Positions 58,267-64,000 of a stretch of DNA of 64,000 nt are shown one piece after another (position 1 is the stretch's first letter; each line of letters begins with the position of its first letter). Origin of the DNA: an uncultured virus (IMG/VR IMGVR_UViG_3300044986_000857) (Duplodnaviria; Heunggongvirae; Uroviricota; Caudoviricetes). Made by a program: the position numbers and the translations under genes. The notes under the pieces are model-generated. The model searched no databases. It saw nothing but the letters and a program-made list of their open reading frames with translations, and had not been told where the DNA came from. The DNA is taken from the IMG/VR virus record IMGVR_UViG_3300044986_000857; one strand, written 5' to 3'.

Positions 58267-58707
58267 GTGGACAAGCAACAGGTCATCGAAAAGATCGCAC
58301 GCGACGTGTTCCCTGACGGACCCACGGTGCAGAAAAGCAACGTGGCGGTCCTCGGCGACGACGTCGTGCTGTTCGACCCGGCGACAAACCCCACGGAACC
58401 CGAGGCCGTCTATGCGTTCTCGCAGACAGACGGGGTGTGCTCGCTGGTCGACGTCCCGAAGCAGACCGCTGAACAATGGCTGACGGGGCAAGGCTACTCG
58501 TCGACGCGCTTGGTGACGCTGCTTGATTTGGAAGCGCGGCTGACGGCGGCGCAGAAGTCGTCGCCGAAGCTGGCGGCGACGCGAGCGTGGACAAACGATT
58601 TGCTCGCCGCGAGCATGGCCGATGCAGCGCCGCGTTACGTCTGGCTTCCGGCTCCATACTCTTTCTCTGACGTGACAGCAGAAGCATTTGCTGTTTTGAC
58701 GCAATAA
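58267..58707 (+). CDS. Hypothetical protein (possible fibre chaperone)
   Basis: Directly follows a fibre gene; function inferred from position. Confidence 0.6.
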   Translation: MDKQQVIEKIARDVFPDGPTVQKSNVAVLGDDVVLFDPATNPTEPEAVYAFSQTDGVCSLVDVPKQTAEQWLTGQGYSSTRLVTLLDLEARLTAAQKSSPKLAATRAWTNDLLAASMADAAPRYVWLPAPYSFSDVTAEAFAVLTQ

Positions 58708-58732
58708 CGATCGCAACTGAAAGGATCAGGTC

Positions 58733-60712
58733 ATGGCAACCAAGGCTCTCGTTATCGACGCAGGCACTACCAAGCGCGTGCCGGACGCGGAAACCCTTAT
58801 CGTCGGCGCGGGCATTGACGCTGCGACCCCGACAACGCTTACGATCGGCGGCACGACGGCGACGTCGATCACGCTCGGCAGCGCCACGATCCCGGTCAGC
58901 ATCCCCGGCGACGTCAACACCCTCGGCGGCACGACGTTCCAAAGCGACGCCACGTTTGAGGGCAACGTCACCTTCGGCAACGGCCCTGCCGACACGGTGG
59001 CGTTCGCGGCGTCCACCACCGTCGTCAGCAACATCGCTTTCGGCGGCGGTTCTCCGACGTACAAGATCACGAATCTTGCGAACGGCACGAATCCGAACGA
59101 CGCCGTCAACTTCTCGCAGCTTTCGTCTCTCGTTTCCGGCGTCACGGCGAGCGCCCCGTTGGCGTCGTCGGGCGGCTCGACTCCGAACATCAGCCTGACC
59201 GGCACGGTGGGCGTGGCGAACGGCGGTACGGGCGTCTCGACGGTTCCGACGAACGGCCAACTGCTGATCGGCAACGGCAGCGGCTACTCGGTCGCTGGCC
59301 TGACGGCGGGCAGCGGCGTGACCATCACCCCCGGCGCAGGCACGATCACGATCGCTGCGACCGGTTCGGGTGGCACGATCACCGGGTCGGGCACGGCGAC
59401 GCAGCTTGCCTACTTCACGGGCGCGTCGGCGATCGGGTCGGAGTCCGCGATCGGTAGCGATGCGCTCACTTGGGATTCGACGAACAACGCTCTGGGTATT
59501 CGCGTCGCTTCTGGTTCATTTACGTCGGGTGCTTCTCTCGACGTCGGCAGCGGGCAGATTGCGATCCCTGACGGCACCGCGCTCCTGCCGTCGATCGCTT
59601 TCCGCGACGACATGAACACGGGCTTCTACTCGCCGACGAACGACGTCATCGGCTTCACGGTGAACGGGGGCGAGATCGCACGCCTGCGCTTGGAAGGCGT
59701 AGGTTCGACGCCCGTGTTTCTGTTGGGTACGACCAGCGTGATCGGAGCGATCACCGTCGACAGCAGCGACCCTTCGGGCACCGCTGGCGTCGGCATGATT
59801 GCCCACGCGAACGCAGGCACCACGATCCAAGAGTCGTATCGTGGAGGTCAGTTTGCGGGTGTTCGTACACGGGGTACCAAAGGCGGGCCGACTCCGGTGG
59901 GCGCAGACGACGGCTTGTGGAACGCGCTTGGCGCGGGCTTCACGTCGGCGAGCGGGTACAACTACGGCGCGCTGATCACGTTCAAGGCCGAAGAAGCCTA
60001 CACCGCGTTGGCGTCGGGTGGACGCATTGAGTTCCACACGACGACGAATGGTAGCAGCGGCACCGCGACGCTCGGCGGCGCGACGACGGAACGGATGCGG
60101 ATTGCCAACAGCGGCCACGTCGGCATCGGCACCACGAACGTCAGCGGGCACCTGTTCAACATCGGTTCTGGGGCGAACGCAAACTTCGCCGTCGCCAGCG
60201 GCGGTCGCATCCACACCTACGGCGGTGCGGCACCTACGGACGGTCAAGTTCTCATCGGCAATACGGCAAACGGTCGCTTTGAAGCGGCCTCGCTGACAGC
60301 GGGCAGCGGTATCACGATCACCCCCGGCGCGGGAGCGATCACGATCGCCGCAACGGCGGGGACGGACTACTCCGTCGTCACCCTCACCACGGCGCAGCCC
60401 GCGAACACCGCCGTCACCGTGGCGGGCGCGGCGGCGATTGCGACGGCGGCTTCGACGTCGCGCGTGGCGGGCATCGTCACGGCGACGAACACGGTGAAGG
60501 TGCTCGGCATCTGCACCTGCATCGTCGAAGGCGTGTTGTCGATCGCTGCGGGCGACGTCGTCTATCTGTCAGCAGCTACCGCAGGGCGTGTCACGAACGT
60601 CGCTCCGTCGACGGCGACGCAAGTGGTCGCTGAACTCGGCATCGCGACGGCGGCATCGTCGGGCGGCACCGTCGCGGTGCTTTGGCAGCCGAAGTCGATC
60701 GTCGTCCTCTGA
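58733..60712 (+). CDS. Long fibre protein
   Basis: KITNLANGT..NDAVNFSQL; V.VANGGTG; duplicated GQLLIGN...LTAGSG.TITPGAG.ITIAAT; ERMRIANSGHVGIGTT. Confidence 0.85.
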   Translation: MATKALVIDAGTTKRVPDAETLIVGAGIDAATPTTLTIGGTTATSITLGSATIPVSIPGDVNTLGGTTFQSDATFEGNVTFGNGPADTVAFAASTTVVSNIAFGGGSPTYKITNLANGTNPNDAVNFSQLSSLVSGVTASAPLASSGGSTPNISLTGTVGVANGGTGVSTVPTNGQLLIGNGSGYSVAGLTAGSGVTITPGAGTITIAATGSGGTITGSGTATQLAYFTGASAIGSESAIGSDALTWDSTNNALGIRVASGSFTSGASLDVGSGQIAIPDGTALLPSIAFRDDMNTGFYSPTNDVIGFTVNGGEIARLRLEGVGSTPVFLLGTTSVIGAITVDSSDPSGTAGVGMIAHANAGTTIQESYRGGQFAGVRTRGTKGGPTPVGADDGLWNALGAGFTSASGYNYGALITFKAEEAYTALASGGRIEFHTTTNGSSGTATLGGATTERMRIANSGHVGIGTTNVSGHLFNIGSGANANFAVASGGRIHTYGGAAPTDGQVLIGNTANGRFEAASLTAGSGITITPGAGAITIAATAGTDYSVVTLTTAQPANTAVTVAGAAAIATAASTSRVAGIVTATNTVKVLGICTCIVEGVLSIAAGDVVYLSAATAGRVTNVAPSTATQVVAELGIATAASSGGTVAVLWQPKSIVVL

Positions 60713-60734
60713 TAAACAGCAAGGGAACCCCGGC

Positions 60735-61493
60735 ATGCAAAACTGGAACAATCAGATCCGCAAGCAGCTGAACAACCTGCCGGGGTTCCCACCTGTTCCG
60801 ACGGGAACGCCGCCGGGCACGCCATCGACACCCTACGAGTGGATTCTTGGCGATTGGATCGACGAGTGTCGCGTACGGCCGGGCGTGAGCGTGCTTGGCG
60901 CGTTGCCAACGACGGGCAACGAAGTGGGCGACGTTCGTTTCGTTGTCGGCCTCGGTGCGTGGTACTGGTGGGACGGCGCGGCATGGCAACTGGTGGCAGG
61001 AAACGGCGCGGTGGACAGCGTCACAGCCAGCGCGCCTCTTTCGTCGTCCGGCGGCGGAAACCCGGACATCAGCTTCCCGTCGTGGCCCGCGAATGCTTCA
61101 GGCGCGTTGACGAACGACGGCGCAGGCAATCTTTCGTGGGCTGCGCCGGGCGGGACGCAGTTTGTTACGTTTCCGAGCACTGTAAGTTCGTCGTCCACCT
61201 TGCTTGTTGAGGCCGGTTCCGTAAAACTACCATTTGTAGTTTCAGCGGGAGCGGTTGGCTGCGAGTGTGCAGTTTTCTCAACAAGTCTAACAAGGGCTAG
61301 AGTTATCGCTTGGAATCTTGTCGGTAGTCAGATTGGTTCTTTTGTAGAAGCTGCGGCAACGACAGGATTGAGGATAGTTACGCCAGTATTTTGGCCTTCA
61401 GCTTTTACAGGGTGGGCAAGAATCACTATTGATCAGATACACACGCCTACCGCCGCTGTCTCTTTGCGCGGCGTATTTTTTGTAGAATCTTGA
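60735..61493 (+). CDS. Fibre/spike protein, QNWN anchor family copy 3
   Basis: First ~135 aa closely match the 55187 gene; unrelated AT-richer C-terminal region. Confidence 0.8.
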   Translation: MQNWNNQIRKQLNNLPGFPPVPTGTPPGTPSTPYEWILGDWIDECRVRPGVSVLGALPTTGNEVGDVRFVVGLGAWYWWDGAAWQLVAGNGAVDSVTASAPLSSSGGGNPDISFPSWPANASGALTNDGAGNLSWAAPGGTQFVTFPSTVSSSSTLLVEAGSVKLPFVVSAGAVGCECAVFSTSLTRARVIAWNLVGSQIGSFVEAAATTGLRIVTPVFWPSAFTGWARITIDQIHTPTAAVSLRGVFFVES

Positions 61494-61532
61494 TGGCTTT
61501 TAGTTCTTTCATAGTGAGGTGCCGCCCGAGCA

Positions 61533-61555
61533 GTAGCAAGCCCGCGCGCTAGCAT
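61533..61555 (+). promoter_or_regulatory. Late-type promoter (leaderless spacing)
   Basis: GTAGC-N12-TAGCAT, 6 nt before ATG 61562. Confidence 0.7.
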
Positions 61556-61561
61556 GCCGCC

Positions 61562-62217
<656 letters not shown>

Positions 62218-62221
<4 letters not shown>

Positions 62222-62421
62222 AGCAGAAGGTCAAGGTCGAGATCACGGTGTCTTTCGACGACGCGACGATGCAGCCCGACGTTGACGAAGCGCTTGTCGA
62301 CGCCATCGCGGGCCTGCGCCGGATGCTGGCCCTGCTGCCAGCGGTCAAGGGCAAGACGACGAGAGGCAAGCAAGTGGCGTTCAAGATCGTCGACGTCCAG
62401 CTGCCCAACGAGAAGTGGTGA
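62218..62421 (+). CDS. Hypothetical protein
   Basis: ATGA coupling. Confidence 0.6.
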
Positions 62422-62422
62422 C

Positions 62423-62445
62423 GTAGCAAGCCGATACGGTAGCTT
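62423..62445 (+). promoter_or_regulatory. Late-type promoter (leaderless spacing)
   Basis: GTAGC-N12-TAGCTT, 6 nt before ATG 62452. Confidence 0.7.
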
Positions 62446-62451
62446 TGTGGC

Positions 62452-62955
62452 ATGAGCGACCGCCCCTACCGCGTTGGCATGGCCCGCCCTGTCCAGCGTT
62501 ACATCGAGCCGACGGAAATCTACGAAGACCTCAAGCGTGGTCGGTCGACGACCATGCCTGACAACTTCGGGTACACGTGGACCCCGGTGAACGGGCTGGG
62601 GGGCGTCAACGGCGTCGGGTCGCTGCAAGAAGACCTGCTTGAGTTTGGGCAGGGTCTCTTGGAGGCCGGCGCGGGCGCGGCAAAGGAAAAGGCCAAGGAA
62701 GGCGTCGTTGACTTCATCAAGTCGACGCCCGGCAAGAAGCTGCTCGACGCTGTTGAAAGCAGCGCGCGTGCTGGCGTCGTCAAGGAAGTCAAGAAGAACG
62801 CGCCGAACCTGATGCTGTTCGCAGTCGCGGGCGGGGCCATCGGCGGCGCGCTCTCGGCGAAGCTCGGCAAGACCGGCACCGTGCTCGCCATCGGGCTTGC
62901 GGTGTGGTCGGGCTGGCAGCTGATGAACCCGGGCGACGCGCCCAAGAAGAAGTGA
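62452..62955 (+). CDS. Membrane protein with tandem NGLG/NGVG motifs
   Basis: VNGLGGVNGVGSL; two C-terminal TM helices. Confidence 0.8.
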   Translation: MSDRPYRVGMARPVQRYIEPTEIYEDLKRGRSTTMPDNFGYTWTPVNGLGGVNGVGSLQEDLLEFGQGLLEAGAGAAKEKAKEGVVDFIKSTPGKKLLDAVESSARAGVVKEVKKNAPNLMLFAVAGGAIGGALSAKLGKTGTVLAIGLAVWSGWQLMNPGDAPKKK

Positions 62956-62959
62956 GCGT

Positions 62960-64000
62960 ATGCCCCGCTTCGAACCGCAATACCTGACGGAGCATGACGG
63001 AACGCGACTGCGCGAGGCGCAGCACGCTCTCGTCAACGCGCGAGGTCACTACCTCGGCGAAGCTGCGTCGTTCGCCGGAACGACTGCGGCACCGTCGACG
63101 TCTGCGGAGAAAAAGGCAATCTTGCGGCAGAACCGGGCGCGGGCGCAGCGCGAGATTGAAAAGCGTATGCCCGGCGCGGTGACGGTCAACGCGGACGGTT
63201 CGCTGCACCTTGTCAATCCGCTGACGCCGATGAACAGGGCGATGGCCGATCTTCTGCGGCCGGCGCATGGCGTGATCGATTCGTCGCCGCTCTCTGCGGC
63301 AGACAAGACGAAGCTGAAAACGCAGCCGGTTACGTTTTTCGTTGATTTGTTTGACCCGGTGCTCGACGGTGTGCGAGACGTGCTCGTTGAAGTCATGCAG
63401 CGCGAGGGGTTCGTCTACGACCTGTCGACGCCGCCATTCATGTTCACGCTCGGGAATCCCGCGTTCAAGAACGTCAACATCCGGCTGTATCAGCCCGGCG
63501 ATGACCTGTTTGACGACGAGAGCCGAGGCATCATTCTGCGCGTGCGTATGTTGCTCGCGTACTTCGTTCTGTTCTTTCGCAAGCCCGCCGAGTTGCAGTT
63601 CTTGCTGATTAAAAAAGGGTTGGAGGCTTTGTTTGGCAAGGATGACACGCAGCTGGTGCCTGTCGGACAGGGCGGCGATGGGTCGTCATTCGACAAGCCT
63701 CGCATCGTGATGTCGATGCCTACGGTGTGGCGTGGCGGGTCGCGCAAAGAGATTCCGGCGGGACCTTACCTTATCAGACGGTACACAGCTTCGCCCCCGG
63801 GCCTTCCGACGCGCCGCGATCTTGACGACGTGACCAAGCTCGTTTGGGAGATTCCGCAGGACAACCGGAAGAACCAGACCAGATCGTTCGTGCAGCTGAC
63901 GCAAGCTGCATGGGATCAATGGCGGCGACCACGCGCCGGCCTTATCAACGCCCGTCTCGACGAAGGCCGCCCCATCAACGGCCTCGGCAGTCTCGGCATC
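62960..64000 (+). CDS. Hypothetical virion-module protein (3' end outside the window)
   Basis: Hand-translated open frame MPRFEPQYL...INGLGSLGI running to the window edge. Confidence 0.75.
   Translation, partial: MPRFEPQYLTEHDGTRLREAQHALVNARGHYLGEAASFAGTTAAPSTSAEKKAILRQNRARAQREIEKRMPGAVTVNADGSLHLVNPLTPMNRAMADLLRPAHGVIDSSPLSAADKTKLKTQPVTFFVDLFDPVLDGVRDVLVEVMQREGFVYDLSTPPFMFTLGNPAFKNVNIRLYQPGDDLFDDESRGIILRVRMLLAYFVLFFRKPAELQFLLIKKGLEALFGKDDTQLVPVGQGGDGSSFDKPRIVMSMPTVWRGGSRKEIPAGPYLIRRYTASPPGLPTRRDLDDVTKLVWEIPQDNRKNQTRSFVQLTQAAWDQWRRPRAGLINARLDEGRPINGLGSLGI

Noticed and set aside
55187..61493. Diversity-generating retroelement acting on the fibre paralogues
   Set aside because: No reverse transcriptase is in the window. 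The shared parts are N-terminal and the differences are not confined to adenines.

Overview
The whole window looks like part of one GC-rich bacterial virus genome. I recognised no terminase, portal, HK97 capsid, tail tube or tape measure. Layout: (i) 1-27.9 kb, a mostly minus-strand virion/late module. It holds a candidate major capsid gene (19025-19768), seven tandem beta-rich paralogues I interpret as single jelly-roll proteins, two very basic core-like proteins, a transglutaminase-like cysteine protease, many small membrane-anchored proteins, an M15 endolysin and enzyme-like genes (kinase, PcfJ, HhH glycosylase-like, zincin). (ii) 28.0-29.0 kb, a strand switch with a phased GTGGACA repeat array. 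(iii) 29-38.8 kb, an extremely GC-rich early region (MoxR AAA+/vWA pair, small genes separated by related hairpin repeats, XRE HTH). (iv) 39.0-39.6 kb, an AT-rich repeat region. (v) 39.6-55.2 kb, replication genes (primase-helicase, Cas4-like nuclease, SNF2-like helicase with a class 3 intein, PolA, RuvC-like resolvase, tyrosine recombinase). (vi) 55.2-64 kb, modular fibre/spike genes and a membrane-anchored lysozyme. The most notable patterns read directly from the sequence are an xNP motif punctuating late proteins, a hydrophobic-x-G-hydrophobic-G motif resembling adenovirus protease sites, an 11-copy GTAGC-N12-TANNNT promoter-like motif often placed for leaderless mRNA, and a candidate sRNA complementary to the ACCCGCCA motif at early-gene starts. 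All family assignments come from motif recognition by eye; no searches were run.
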